Both the position numbers and the translations under genes were made by a program. From Paraspadella gotoi (Eukaryota > Animalia > Chaetognatha): 64,000 nucleotides of DNA. Positions 1 through 13,212 of this stretch are shown one piece after another. The notes under the pieces were generated by a model that searched no databases, was not told the origin of the DNA, and worked only from the letters and a program-made list of their open reading frames with translations. Within the stretch, counting starts at the first letter, position 1, and every line of letters starts with the position of its first letter. The DNA lies in assembly GCA_051294375.1 (NCBI GenBank), contig CM119269.1, positions 8,629,619 to 8,693,618 of the forward strand, read 5' to 3'.

Positions 1-62
1 ATATTTATATTACATTATTATTATGTTTGTGACCATTAATCTCCCATCCCCGTATTCTTCAG

Positions 63-1163
63 ATCCTCCGATCGCCGCGACGACGATTCCTCTGTTGGAA
101 CCGCTCACCAGTGCACAGATCGGACTCCTCGCCCTCTGCTCTTTTACCCTCACGTTGTTGGCCGCTTTCGCCATTTTGTACGCCGTCCCGACGCTGAGAG
201 CCAAGCTCAAAAGACAGGTAGCGATGCCAGATTAACTGTTAATGCGCATTTTTCAAATATGACGGTTTAACTGCCAAAAATTTTCTTTGTTTTAAATACT
301 GTTAAGCAAGCTTACTAAAATTTCCAGAAGACAACAGTAATAGTTAATTATAATTTAGTTATTTATACTAGTTATTTATAATAGTTATTTTAAATCTAAA
401 AAATAAAAAATAAAGATAGTGAAACAAGTAATTTTTCAACTTTCATACATAATATTGATTTTAATCCATTGATTATAATTCTTGGTTTTTGTCAAAGGGT
501 TCCAGTTCTCCGCCGTCGTCTCCGTCGTCGAGTCAGATCGACTCTTCTTCAAATTCGTCCAATTCTTCGTCCAATTCCTCCTCCTCCTCCTCCTCACCTT
601 GGTCGGCCGTGTTAAAATGCTTCTCCTCGCAACAGCTCGTCGGCGTTGGCGGCGCCACCTCCGCGGCGTCGACGACGACTTTTACCAACGGCCTCGCCCC
701 CGTCGTCGTCGCGGACGATCGAACGTTCGATCCCGCCTCATCGCGTCCGCCGGAAGTGGTAGTGACCGACGCCGCCCCGGCGCGCCGCCCTTCCCCTCTC
801 CCCCACGCGTTTCGCCTACCTAGCGTCTCCGCCTCGCCTCGACTTCCGTCCTTCAACATAAAGAGGCTGACGGCAGCCTCGAGCCAGAAGGGGCGTCGGG
901 GACTCGGCGTCTCCAATCCAGTCTTCATGGCCGACTCGCTTGCCGACGACGAGGTGCCGACGCTGGCCGACGCCAGGCTGGAAATTGCCGTGGAACCCGC
1001 CGACGAAAAAAACACGTCTCAACCTGAAACGCCGGCGTCCGGAAATCCTGAGCCGGATTCCGGCCGATTGCCGAGAATTTCCGCCTTCGCGAGAAACATT
1101 TTCATGAGGGAGGACCCGTCCGGGGAAAGGGAACCGAGCAGATTCAAATATGAAAAATTTTGA
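63..1163 (+). CDS. 3' part of a single-pass membrane protein gene (exons 63-217 and 498-1163)
   Basis: Acceptor ttcttcag|62, a hydrophobic TM stretch (IGLLALCSFTLTLLAAFAILYAV) followed by basic residues, and donor CAG|gtagcg at 218. A phase-0 acceptor tcaaag|498 joins in frame to the Ser/Pro-rich ORF ending TGA at 1163. Confidence 0.6.
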
Positions 1164-2757
1164 TATGACAATGACGCCAAATCTCGCTTCTAAAAAAGAA
1201 AATGGCTGACTGGAGAGACGAAAACGACCATTTGAAATTATAAACCTTTTTTGGGAGATTTCTAGTTTTATTTCTTGAGGATTAAACTTTTGAGTCTGTA
1301 ATTTAGTCTTTTTTTTTTAAAAAAAGAAGTGAAATTAATATTTTTATTAATACTTACTTGATACTATAATACGGTAATGAGTAGAATTGCCTTCTTATTC
1401 ATTGAATTTATTAAAGTTTTTCTTTATCCGTAATTTACTCAAATTTACTCTATTAACGGAAGTCGTCATTCATTGTTTTATCGTCTGAAAATTCGCGTTT
1501 TCAGATGTGTTTTTAACAGGGTCAGGATTTTTATATTGACTCGAATAAGCCGAATTTAACCGTAGGAATATTATCAATTGACATATATCACCTAAAGTGT
1601 ATCTACCGCCTCCCTTCTTTATAGTGAACTCGGTTACTCGCTCTAAACATTTTTACCAATGTTATCGCCAAACATTAAGACCTTTTCTGTGAAACTTAGC
1701 TTACCTTCACATTTATTAGAAAATGACATTTAAAAACCAAAAGAAAATATTCTGATGCAATAATCGCGTATACTTTTAATAAATAATGTTTTGAAAACTT
1801 TGTGCCTAGATTAGGAAGCTTTCTGTTTTTTGGAAGGCAATTTGAATTTTTTTACTGCCGTTGCCACTCATTTGAAACTAATCGTGACTGTATCAGTCAA
1901 TCTTTATTATTACCTTTTTTACTCTTTTAAATTTTGTTTCTTGACATGAGACCTCTTTACAATAAAATCCTTTCTTATTTTTTATGGATTATTTTTGTCA
2001 TTTCATCAGTAAAAAATTAGTTTGATATCAATTAAGATCGAGAAAAGGAAGGGGGAAAGAGTGAAAAAAGCAAGAAATAGAATGAAAGAAAGCGGTTTTT
2101 ATTTTGCAAGATAGAATGACTCGATCAATGAGCAATGAAGATAGAACTAGAATTCTGCTTTTGTCAGATTTTGGCTAAAACTTTTTTCAAAAACTTTTTG
2201 TTTTTCACACATATATTTTCGGGAATAACGGTTTTCACAATCACGGAATGAGATTTCGCGCACCGTATTAAATGTTAAATACATTCTTAACAATCAGTCC
2301 AAACATGAATCCGAACTGTCGGAAAACTTCACTGCATTTAATTTATAATTTAAAAAAAAATCTCAGTAACAATCCATTAACTTGTTTAGAATACACAGGA
2401 ATTCGGGAACATAAAAAAGAGAAAAAAATAGATATTTCAACGAAAGGAAATACAAAGAGGCATTGAATGGGTACGTATGTAGTTGTTCAAATATGAAATG
2501 TCATGAAAATATATTTTTTAAATTTATAAAGGAATATTAAAGACGTTCATATCGTAATACTTATAATCGGTCCTAAATTAATCAGCGGTAAATAATATTA
2601 AAAAGTTCAAAGTATTAAGAATTCTTTTCTTACTGCTTGCAATATTATGCCTTCATAGCTTGATCGTGACGTTCGACTACCAATAAGAGCTGTGAAAATA
2701 ATAAAATTGTTTTATTAATATATTACATTATTGATATTTATTTTAATTTTCACTCAC

Positions 2758-3810
2758 CTTTGCTCTTCATCCCCCGAACAGAGAACGAGATTGTGGCGTC
2801 CTCTTTCCGGCCCGCCCCCCCATTCGTGGTCCATATTGCATTCGGTTCCGTCGCTGGGCAACCATAAACAAAGCCAAGTTAAGGTCTAACCTAGATCTCC
2901 CTTTTCTATTAACAACTGCCCACCTGTAATAAATTTTATTAGCGTATCTGGGATGAAGGATCTTCATGATTTGAACGAGCCTCGTGCAGACGATTTTGTA
3001 TTTGATGTCGGGTGATCCTGTGAATAAAAGAAAAATGGGGGAGGGGCGGGGGGCGAATTCACTGAATCATAACTTTTGATTTTGGAAGTGAAGATATTTT
3101 TTCTTTTAGCTCGTTTTATATGATTTCAGGCATTGCCTTTGTACTCCTTACTTTTATTTTATATGTACTCGCCAGACCAAAGCGACTATTGCGAAGGAAA
3201 AGTGGACTCGTAAATAAGTGAATAGTAGTGTAGTGAAGTGTATGGTGGATTACTGTATACGACTCTAATTCAGATCCGTCTAATTCAACTCCATCCGTTA
3301 ATTTAGCATTAAACGTAATTCAATTATAATTATAATGATAATCCCAGATATCTCAAATATTTCAATCTTTGTATGAAATTGGTACAACCAATATAAAAAT
3401 TATCCATTCATTTAATAAATAAGCTATCTTGTCCCTGACTTTGGACAGGCTTTGGTGGTTTAAGGCCTCCATCACCCTTACAAGATAATAACATAGCAGG
3501 TTTCTGCAAGCTTTCAATCAAGACTCTCTCAGTCTTATTTATTCACTCCCGGTGAACCTGGCTTTCCTATCAATGAAGTGGTATAATATTTCAAAGAATG
3601 TTTCAATTGTATGAAAAAGAGAAAAGTTGTCTCATTGTCTCACCAATCATGTATTTGATGAGTGACATGTGCCATGGGGAGTGGACGCGCATTTCCGAGA
3701 GGTCGTGTTGTCCAAAATGGAAGACGCAACGTTGGCGCTCGTCGGCGACCGTGAGACCATCTTTGGAGATCTGCAGACTCCCTGGCTCTACCGTCTCCGG
3801 CTTGGAAGGC
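2758..3810 (-). CDS. Internal exons (3810-3644, 3017-2924, 2853-2758) of an uncharacterised protein, possibly PH/PTB-like fold
   Basis: Three GC-richer blocks bounded by AG/GT with compatible phases give an open peptide PSKPETVEPGSLQISKDGLTVADERQRCVFHFGQHDLSEMRV...GSPDIKYKIVCTRLVQIMKILHPRY...SDGTECNMDHEW. The fold assignment is only an impression. Confidence 0.55.
3372..3616 (-). mobile_element. Family A twister-bearing repeat (putative non-LTR retrozyme), solo intronic copy
   Basis: Near-identical to 4657-4905 and 4981-5178. Begins tatgaaattggtacaacc on the + strand like the other copies. Confidence 0.75.
3425..3487 (-). ncRNA. Twister ribozyme, permuted type P5 (family A), predicted cleavage U3462|A3461
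   Basis: Minus strand reads UAUCUUG(P5) uaag GGU(P2) GA UGG(T1) AGGCCU(P1) U^AA ACC(P2) AC(T2) C-aaa-G(P3) CCUG U CCA(T1) AA GU(T2) CAGG(P4) ga CAAGAUA(P5). All twister core positions and both pseudoknots can pair. Confidence 0.8.
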
Positions 3811-4710
3811 CTGGTGACCCGGAAGACAAAGATTGTTAAAATGTGAATGTAAGGCTTTTGGACTATTATTATTTATCAATTTTATTAAGACTTTTTCTGA
3901 GTTAATTCTTGTAATTTCAGTTGTATTTATTATTCAATAATCAATTGTTTCATATTCGTGCTCTTCGATTAAACATTTTTAGGGCAATTTTATAAACAAT
4001 TACCCGTATTAAACTCACTTGAGGCGACTTAATACTTTTATAAATTTGAGTTAAAATTATCCAATGCTCTGATCAGTAAGAGAGGTAAGTCGCCCACCGC
4101 GCGAACTTTTCAACAAAGCGAAGGGGGAAAAAAATTAAAATGGAACCATTAATCATAATCAAGACGACAGGGGGTTTTAATTCACTTCAGGTTAAAGGAA
4201 AAAAAAAGAGGTTTTCAAAGCAGGGTGCCTCGTTTCTTTTTTAGCGAGTAGAGCGCGAGCACACTGCTTCGTACTTAATATTTTGATTAGCCTTATGGTA
4301 TGGAATATCTTTTTACTCATTTGTTAGCATTCTCGCATTCGCGACATCTGTCGATTTCTGTGAAAACGAAAATCTCGAGCCGGATGTCGAGATTTAATCG
4401 CTAGATTAAAAGCGCCGTCTACGGCAGAAGGCGATTCCGCCTGATTGATAAGTTTTCCAATTAAGTTTAACGTCTTTTCTTTATCACGTCTATCAATCGC
4501 ATCGATGGAAAGAAAAAAGTCGTGAAACCGGAGTATGTGAATTCTTCTCGTGAGCATTTCTCGGAAATTTCTAATGTCGTGGTCTTCGGCGATAATCATA
4601 TTTATATAATTATATATTTAATTTCATTTATCTTTTGCTCTTCTCCCACTCTCCCCTTATGAAATTGGTACAACCAATATAAAAATTATCCATTCATTTA
4701 ATAAATTAGC

Positions 4711-4773
4711 TATCTTGCCCCTGACTTTGGACAGGCTTTGGTGGTTTAAGGCCTCCATCACTCTTACAAGATA
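4711..4773 (-). ncRNA. Twister ribozyme type P5 (family A), predicted cleavage 4748|4747
   Basis: Same core as 3425-3487, with P2 3' strand AGU instead of GGU. Confidence 0.75.
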
Positions 4774-5033
4774 ATGACATAGCAGGTCCCTGCAAGCTTT
4801 CAATCAAGACTCTCTCACAGTCTTGTTTATTCACTCCCAGAGTACCTGGCTTCCCTATCAATGAAGTGGAAAATATTTCAAAGAATGTTTCAATTGTATG
4901 AAAAGACCACTCCCTTAAGTATTAGATCGGGGAATACTTATTGTACTCCGCACTAGCATCAAAATACAAGGAGCTGAATTTTATGAAATTGGTACAACCA
5001 ATATAAAAATTATCCATTCATTTATAAATTAGC

Positions 5034-5096
5034 TATCTTGCCCCTGACTTTGGACAGGCTTTGGTGGTTTAAGGCCTCCATCACTCTTACAAGATA
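5034..5096 (-). ncRNA. Twister ribozyme type P5 (family A), predicted cleavage 5071|5070
   Basis: Core identical to 4711-4773. Confidence 0.75.
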
Positions 5097-5548
5097 ATGA
5101 CATAGCAGGTCCCTGCAAGCTTTCAATCAAGACTCTCTCACAGTCTTGTTTATTCACTCCCAGAGTACCTGGCTTCCTATATATATAATTATATATATAT
5201 ATATATATATCATATATAATTATTTATTTCCTTATTCTTCCCTCCCTTATATCGTTTCCCCCCCTCGGCCCTCCCCACTCTCTCCCCTATGTATTTTCCT
5301 CTTTAAATTTCCTATTTTTTACCTTTCTTAAAATTCCCCTTCCTTCCTATTCCTAACCTTGATCTTTAATCTCCAATCTGTAATTTTCCCTCTTTCACTT
5401 CCATAATCCCCACATCCCCACCCCTCACCTCCTCTCCTATTTCCCCTCACCACCCCTCTCCTCCCTCCCCTCCAACGACCCTGCTGGGAATTCTAATTCG
5501 TCGTCTCGTCGCCAGGGATTTCGTTCGCGTCGTTTTTCCGCCTCGCGG

Positions 5549-5568
5549 TGTCACGTGACGTGACGTCA
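5549..5568. promoter_or_regulatory. Overlapping E-box/CLEAR (GTCACGTGAC) and CRE (TGACGTCA) motifs in a CpG-rich patch
   Basis: Sequence tgtcacgtgacgtgacgtca lies within a GC/CpG-rich island at about 5480-5700. Confidence 0.4.
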
Positions 5569-8500
5569 AGGGTCGCCGAGTTTCTAGGGTTTCCGGGAGC
5601 CAACCGTGGGCTGCCTTTCCACCTCCCCCCCTTTGAAACGCCTCGGTGATCGTATTTTTAGGCGAGTTTCACCGCTGATCAGTCATTGGAGTTCCGGTGC
5701 ACTTACAAACAACAGAGCTGAGCAAAAAACTATGATTTTGATTCCGAGAAAGAGATAAGTGAAAATTTTATTTGATTTATTCTTGTCGCGGATAGAAAAA
5801 AAATATTTTGTGAATTCACTAAGGCTTCACCGTAGATGTACAAACTCGAACTGTCCACGAGTTTCCCCGTTTATCGCCTTCGCCTCTTTTTTGTGAGTCT
5901 TCCCGAGTGATTTATCTGCGTTGCTCGTCATCGTCTCACTCCGGACCGAGTCGCAATCACTTTTCGCGGCGCCAAGTGAATATTTTATGCGGATTCCTTT
6001 TCATTTTTTTCCTTTCCATAACATACGCTTTCCCGCGAAATTTAGATGTTATTTTTGAAATTTATTTTTTCTTTTTCTCTCACTGTGATGCTAGAGCAAC
6101 GGTCGGGTTACCTGTGATACTCATCTGGGAGAGACATTTCACCTGTTAGCGGTAATACGAGAACCGTGTGGATCTGACAAACAAACCAACCATTGGGACT
6201 GTCGAGTCGACAGTGTCGACAGAAGGTCCACTGAAATTCAGCCTGAACCATTGGGGTCGCCTGAATGAAGACGGAGGTGAGGCGCTAAGATTAGGTTTAT
6301 ACCGCCCTAATGCTATCTTTTTCTTTTTCGATCTTCCTGCCTTTTTGTTTTCCTGTTTTCCTGTTTTCGTCTTGTCTTCCTTGACCCAATCTCGTTTCTT
6401 GTCACGCATCACACGAATCACATTTTGTGATAACAAGTTTGAGGCGAATTGAGGTCGTTGTCTCTTGAGTTTTGTTCCTAGCGTGACCACTGACCAGTGG
6501 CCACGAATCGCCACGAATCGCGTGTGAATGTTGTTTACCGATTATCGTGATTACGATGACGACGTGGTAGGGCTTGTGTGAAGTGAAAACTGGGTCGTTC
6601 GTTCGTACGATTATTTATTTTTGTTTTTATTTTGATCATCCGTGCATTAAAAATAAAACCACGAATCCAATATATATTCATGAATCATTAAACGTTTAAA
6701 AAAATTCCAAGTGTAACGCTGCTATCGGCCTCCCAGCGCCATTTGGCAACCGACGCTACACGGTGCCCAAGGCCACATGGCACCTAACGACAAATGGCAG
6801 CGACGACGACGACGCCACCTGCGACGATGCCATGTATACACTCCCTCCACCCTCCACCCCCTCTTCTTCCCTCTCTTCCGCCCCGCAAGCGAAACGCCAA
6901 TTCGAATTCCTGATGGAAACTGAGAAATTCCATCGTCTTTTTCTACCTGGCTTTTCTCTCACGGTAGGAAGTCTGTCTCTGTCTGTCTCCTTCTGTCTTT
7001 ATTTTTCTGTTTCTTTTTTTTTTCACTTTGAACGATTGTTCTTTTCTTCTTATGTTTGTTTATTTTAAATTACAAAAAATTGAGCAAGGTTTTTTTTTTA
7101 AACTGAGAATACAAATTTTATCAAGTTAATGAGACAATGAGGTATGTTTGGAATAAAGATGGGTAAACTGAAAAAAAAAACTAAACTGTATTTCCGGAGT
7201 TAAATAATAACTTTATGATTTCTATCATTCATTATTATTCATTAAAATTAAATTTTATCTGAAAGACTTTTCGGTGAGAATTATCGTAAAAACTAACTTT
7301 AAAATTAGGTTCAGGTTATATCACGCGGGGTCCTCGCCCCTCTAATTTCAATAATTAATTTTTAGTTTTAAATTTTCTTTTCGCTTTTAATGGAAATCGT
7401 GAAAAACCTTTTAGCGTAACTCTTTTTTTTCAATTGCACCAAAATGCAATGACATCGTTATATATTTATGTGGTAAAAGGTGCTTTTAGAATTTTTTTTG
7501 GATAATAATAATGGAGGAACCTAAGTGTTAGCAAAGGAAATAAAAAGTATTAAAGAAAACATCAAAATACACTTCGTGGAATTATCATTTAATATTTTTA
7601 TAATGAAAAATAGAATGCTAGAAACTAAAAAAAATTTTCAATATATATATAAGTCTTGTGATGAAGCTTATTAAACTAATTTCATAATATTGGCCAATGT
7701 TGTGACTGTCATTGAAAAAAATTATTATTAAATAATAATTTTTCAACCACGCTAAAATTCACGCCTATCCATTTATCCCTTTCTAGCCATTTTGAATATT
7801 TTCACTTCTCCCTCATAATCTCACGCTCTCGCTTATAGTCATACATTACTAATGTCACACCTCACATCTCACCTGGCGAAGACGATAGAGAAATTGATGA
7901 CGATAGAAGTCGACATTTCTCCTTCCTTAACGAAAGTTGGGATGAAACACGTAGGGATACTCCATCGCCGAAGCCACTCGTCCACGGCCGATTGTGGATC
8001 GCGGAGAGATTCTGAAAAGATGACAAGGGGGGGCGGATTTTTCACATTATCGATAATATTTCGGTGGTAAATAGGATATTTCGTGTATATGAAATGTTAA
8101 AGCTGAGTTGAAATTCGATAAGAGAACAGGTTCAAAAGAACTAAAAAGAAAAAAAAGAAAGGAGAGGGGAAAAAAAGATAATGAAAAGGAAAAAGAAGAG
8201 GCACCAACGGATGACCAAACGAATTCAGTCCTAAGTGAGAATATCATTTTACATAAGTTTATGTATAAAACTTGCAAACTACATAAACTTACGTCTTTCT
8301 ATCTACGTTCATATCTTTTTAAAATATAATGAACGCAATAATTTCGACACAATAGAACTCTCTCTCTCGAAGCCGCTTTTGTATTCGCCGCGACGCCATA
8401 TTAATTTCAGGCGGCGACGAGCGGCAGCGGCAGCGGCAGCGGCAGCGGCGGATGAAATAGGCAGATTTTAAAAAATGGATTGAGTAGAAATGATATCATT

Positions 8501-8853
8501 CTCTTTTTTTTGGGCCGGGGGAGTCGTAGATGAAAAGGTGGGGGGGACGCTTTTGATTCCACCCATAAAAAAGAAGCGAATCTCAATCTGGTTCCATCAT
8601 CGTCGATTGTCATTAACAGCGACGCAATCGTCGTCGTCCTCGATTCAGCGACCAATTCCATCTGCCGTCAATGACATTGGGTCTCCATGGGCAGAACCGC
8701 ATCGAAATGATACGCCGGGTTTAAAGTGGACAATGGGGACATCCCCTTAATCAAGTTGACGTGATCGAAGATTTAATTAGAAACGCAATGGGAAATCTTT
8801 TTGTCATGCGGTAGAATATTAAAAATCTACTAAAAATCTACTAAAAATCTAGA

Positions 8854-9357
8854 GCGTAGTGAAAGTTAATTATGAACAACATTAATTTGTAAAAAAAATT
8901 AAGTTCTTAAATTTTCACAGTATATATATATATTTATATATCCTTATAAAATCGAAAAATTTAAAATAGGCTTTTCTTAATTTTGATTGCAGATTTAAAT
9001 TCCTCGTCAAAAGCTTAAAATATAGGTTTTTTTTATATTTGATCAACTTAATGAAAGAATTTTTAAAAAAGAGTTATATTGGTTTTAAGAGTTAAGAGTT
9101 TTATATTGGTTGTACCAATTTCATTTCTTTATATGAACTTTTTATTATGAATCCAAATCTGCAAAAAAAAGACTTACAAAAAACTATTTTGAAATTTTAA
9201 CATTTATTGAATTAGTACTAGTATAAATATGGTCTACTGCGTAAATGGTAAAATTTATTTTAAAATTTTTTTACACAAAAATGTTCATTAATATAATGTT
9301 GTTCGTTCCTCACTTTTAGAATTTTAATGAAAGTTAAATTTAGAATTTTTACTACGC
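8854..9357. mobile_element. Foldback MITE, internally deleted copy
   Basis: Ends gcgtagtgaaa...tttactacgc. Homologous to 13213-13824. Confidence 0.65.
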
Positions 9358-9564
9358 TTTACGATTCTACAGCATTTCAATCTCCGTTGCTTTATTGACG
9401 TGTTAATGAGACAAGATTACACTGATACAGATAATTTTAATTTAACAATATATTCGATATAGCAAAGTGGAGCTTAAATACTTTTTTTTTAAATATTTAC
9501 TTTAAATGTTGTATTGTTTCTTTGTAAATGTTGCGTTTGAGTTAGAAGACGAAAAAACAATTTT

Positions 9565-10300
9565 TTATTGGGTCAATTTCAGCTTCAGATTCTCACCCAT
9601 AATTTGCGTTTTCCTCTTCTCCTTTTCCTCCTCCTCCTGCTCCTCCTCTACCGGCGTCGTTTTTCCTCGTCGCCTCTCCGCATCGCCGCCGCATTCGTCC
9701 GGCGACGCCGCGTCAGGACTCGACGCCGTCGACGAAGTCGTCGACGTCGGCGAGAAGACGGAAGAGCTCGTGGATTGACGTCGGCATCCCTCTCGGCGCT
9801 GTCGGGTCGGCACCGGTGCCGGAAAAACGGCGCCGTGCTGTTCGCAGGGCGAGACGACGCCGGGACGATCCTCGGACGAGCGCCATCTTCGATCCGGTGT
9901 CGAATCGGTCGTCGGTGGCGGCGTCGGTGGCGTCTCGAGTGTCTGGTCGCCGAGGAGACGAGAGATGGAGGCGAAGGAGGAAGAGGAGGAAGAGGATGAG
10001 CGAAAGAGTCTCGATCCCCGAAGATGAGGAGGAGGAGGATGTGGATGACGAGATGGAGGCACGACCGCGTTGGCGTTGAAGGCGAAGGCGAAGCGAGGGT
10101 GGAGACTCCGGGGCGGGCGGCCACGACTCCGAAGACTGCGTCCTCGATGACCGCGGTGCCAGCCCGGCGGGCCTCGCCGTGCCGCGTCCGGTCGCGACGA
10201 GAGGCTGGGTTCGATGGATGGCTCCGGGGCTTGTTGAGCGTAAGAGGGTTCGTCGATGGCGGGCTGGGAATCGGGGGTGGGGGAGGGTGGGTAAGGAAGA
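9565..10300 (-). CDS. Probable GC-rich low-complexity coding exon, frame and strand uncertain
   Basis: Strong GC/CpG island with the composition of the other exons in this window. Several overlapping open frames and no recognisable domain. Confidence 0.25.
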
Positions 10301-10562
10301 GAGGGGGAACAACGGAGTCGGAAGTTATTTGATTCGATGTTTGTTTATTTTTTACAAACTCCCAGAGTTAATTGACGTTGCCACCTTTTGATAGGACTGA
10401 AGCTAATTTTCAAAATCAAACAAATCAAAACGAATTAATTTAACTGACTCGATTTATAGACATTAGAATTTATCAGAGCTTTCGGAAAAAAGACTTGCAT
10501 TTAACAGAATTGCGCAGCTGCACTGACACTTCAAACTCTCTCTCTCTCTCTCTCTCTTTTCT

Positions 10563-10617
<55 letters not shown>

Positions 10618-10687
10618 CTCTCTTTTTTTTTCTCTCTCTCTCTCTAATTCGCAGACGCGACTGGAATCTCGCGCCGCATCTCAACGA

Positions 10688-10783
<96 letters not shown>

Positions 10784-11300
10784 TCCCAACCTCCCATTAG
10801 CCTTCACTAATTCTCGCTCTCTCTCATTTTCCTTCTCTTTGAGCTGTCAGCATACAGCAGATTCCGGCTTTATAGTCCACTTTTTCGGTCAGCCGGTCTT
10901 ACCCCAAAACATTATCAGTAAATCACTTAGATTACTTTTCAGAACATCCAATTATGAAAAAATCGATGTCCGTCTGTCTGTCTGTCAGTCTGTCTTTCCG
11001 TCCGCCTCCCTAAGCTTGAAATTATGTGTGTCGGTAAAGAAGTGTGTGATTGAGCTGCAAATCAAGTTGCGATAACATGTAAATGCATGTAGTAACAACA
11101 ACAACTACCACAATTATAACAATCAAAACAACAACAACAACAACTACCACCATAACTACCACCAGAACTACCATACTAAGCATCACAACTACCATAACCA
11201 CCATTAAAACCTTTATGACTACAACCGAATGAACGAACAAAAATATTGGTAATACAAAATAAAATTATTGAATATGCATACTGCATAGGATCTCTAAATT

Positions 11301-11480
11301 TGTACTCCGCACCAGCATCAAAATACAAGGAGCTGAAGATTATGAAACTGCTACAACTGATACATTATATATAATTGGTAAATTTAGTGAAATTAGTAAA
11401 TATTAAATAAGCTATCTTGCCCCTGACTTTGGACAGGCTATGGTCGTTTGAGGCTTTAATCACTCTTTTAAGTTAATGAT
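11301..11480 (-). mobile_element. Family A degenerate, circularly permuted copy
   Basis: Contains tgtactccgcaccagcatcaaaatacaaggagctgaa (the unit junction seen at 4942-4980) followed by tatgaaac... and a decayed ribozyme at 11413-11475. Confidence 0.65.
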
Positions 11481-12671
11481 ATAGAAATATTACATATTAA
11501 TTGTATTTAACAACAACGTCCTGTCTAAATTTTTAAGCATGTTGACCCGATCACGTTTTGGTCGAATCCAGACTAACGAGTTTCAAAACGTCAACCCACA
11601 AAACGTTTAGAATCTTCGTCACTCGTATTCATAAATTCTCTTTTCGAAAAACTTGTTTTTCGACATTTATGTCGCCGCGTGACTTAGTTGAATGCGCGAC
11701 AAGTTTGAAAATGTCTTTACCTTTAACTCTCACGTTGTCTTTAATTCTTCATTTAATAATTAATAATTATTAGTTATATAAAAAACGTTTAATCAAATAA
11801 TGCAATTAACTCGAAGAAAAGCAGCACAATATTTGAATACCCTTTTATAATCTTTACTTTTGTTTTTATTTTTTTAATTTAAGGAATTTCTTACCCGTTT
11901 TAAAACAAATGCTGTATCTAAGCCTAGCTTGGCCTAATTTTTCCAGAACGACTCATTTTAATTTCGGAATTAGGTTATTTATTTAGTTAATAATTAGGTT
12001 AAAGGTTAGGGTTAGAGAATACGTTATGGAGTAAATTATTAAAGTTACAGATTTGGTTAGAGACTTGGGTTAGAGACTAGCGTTTAGGGTTAGAGGTAAG
12101 GTTAGAAATTAGGGATAAACGTTTAGATTAAGATTATAAATTAGAAATAGGAATTGTTTTATAAGTTTAAAAATATATTTAAAATTAAAATCAATATTAA
12201 ATTATGGGATAAACGAACAGAGAATCACTAAATATAGCTTCCTAATTTGCGACTAAAGTATTTCTGATTTGTTAAGTCTTTAACTTTCATTTAATGATAA
12301 TCTCGGTTGTCTTTGCTTTAATTGGAATGAGAATCTGTATTTCGACGAAACTTTTTCTATTTAGCTTTATTTCAACTTCATTTCTACCTTATTTCAACTT
12401 CATTTCAACTTCATATCTACTTCATTTCTACTTCATTTCAACTTCATTTCTACTTCATTTCAACTTTTCCACTCTCATTTTCTTCTGGCCCAATAGTCCA
12501 GCATCCTCCACCGTCCATGACGCGGGTCGTATTTCAGTTCCTTCGAAGATAAAATCTCGAATTTCTCCATTTTTCACGAAACTTAAAAGTTGACGAACGA
12601 GATTTCGAACGAACAAACTTGACGAACGAGAATTGTTTTATTCGATCCGTAATCTGAACTCACGTGTCGCT

Positions 12672-12688
12672 GGGATTCCCTTTATAAA
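12672..12688 (+). promoter_or_regulatory. kB-like site GGGATTCCC adjacent to a TATAAA box upstream of the peptide gene
   Basis: gggattccc-tt-tataaa lies about 100 bp before ATG 12784. Confidence 0.45.
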
Positions 12689-12783
12689 GCTGACATCGAT
12701 CGATCCGTTTTTTCAAATCTGTCTCTGTCTCTATCTAACTCTGTCTCGATTCTATTTCTCTTTGAAACAAAAGCCAGCACAAG

Positions 12784-13156
12784 ATGCGTCTCCTTATCTT
12801 CGTCGTGGGTCTCTGCGCTCTTTTCGCGTTGGTGAGTTGAGTTGAGGGGCGCGCCCTATGATTTTGCTATCCAACGAAATGCGCTATATCAATTTTTTTT
12901 TGTAAGCCCCCAATTTTTTTTTTCCCTTCCCTTTCACACCCAATCTTTCTTCTTTTTTTTTCAAGTCGCAATCTCGCTCCGTATCGATTGACAAGAAGGT
13001 GGAACGAATCCTCCGAGGACTGGAACTTCTCGGAGAGATTGAAGAGGTGAAGAGAGCTTGCATTCCACCCGGCGGAGAAGGATGCGAAGCCAACAACGGA
13101 AAATGTTGCAGAGAAGGAAATCCCTTAACTGGAACGATGAGGAAATGCGTCAACCA
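12784..13156 (+). CDS. Secreted cysteine-rich (ICK/knottin-like) prepropeptide; exons 12784-12831 and 12966-13156, last exon uncertain
   Basis: MRLLIFVVGLCALFAL|SQSRSVSIDKKVERILRGLELLGEIEEVKR-ACIPPGGEGCEANNGKCCREGNPLTGTMRKCVN gives a signal peptide, an acidic propeptide, a KR processing site and a C-C-CC-C framework. The gtgagt...caag intron is phase 0. Confidence 0.8.
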
Positions 13157-13212
13157 GTTAGTATCATTTATCAATCATCGATGGTATTCCAAGTGGTCAT
13201 AGGTGTTTATTA

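Larger units (their letters stand above)
4657..5178 (-). mobile_element. Family A tandem repeat (about 1.6 units, 323-324 bp period) with two twister ribozymes
   Basis: ttatgaaattgg recurs at 4657 and 4981. The ribozyme cores lie at 4711-4773 and 5034-5096. Confidence 0.8.

Noticed and set aside
11995-12125. TTAGGG-like repeats as a telomere
   Set aside because: Short, degenerate and interstitial. More likely a simple repeat or part of a TE.
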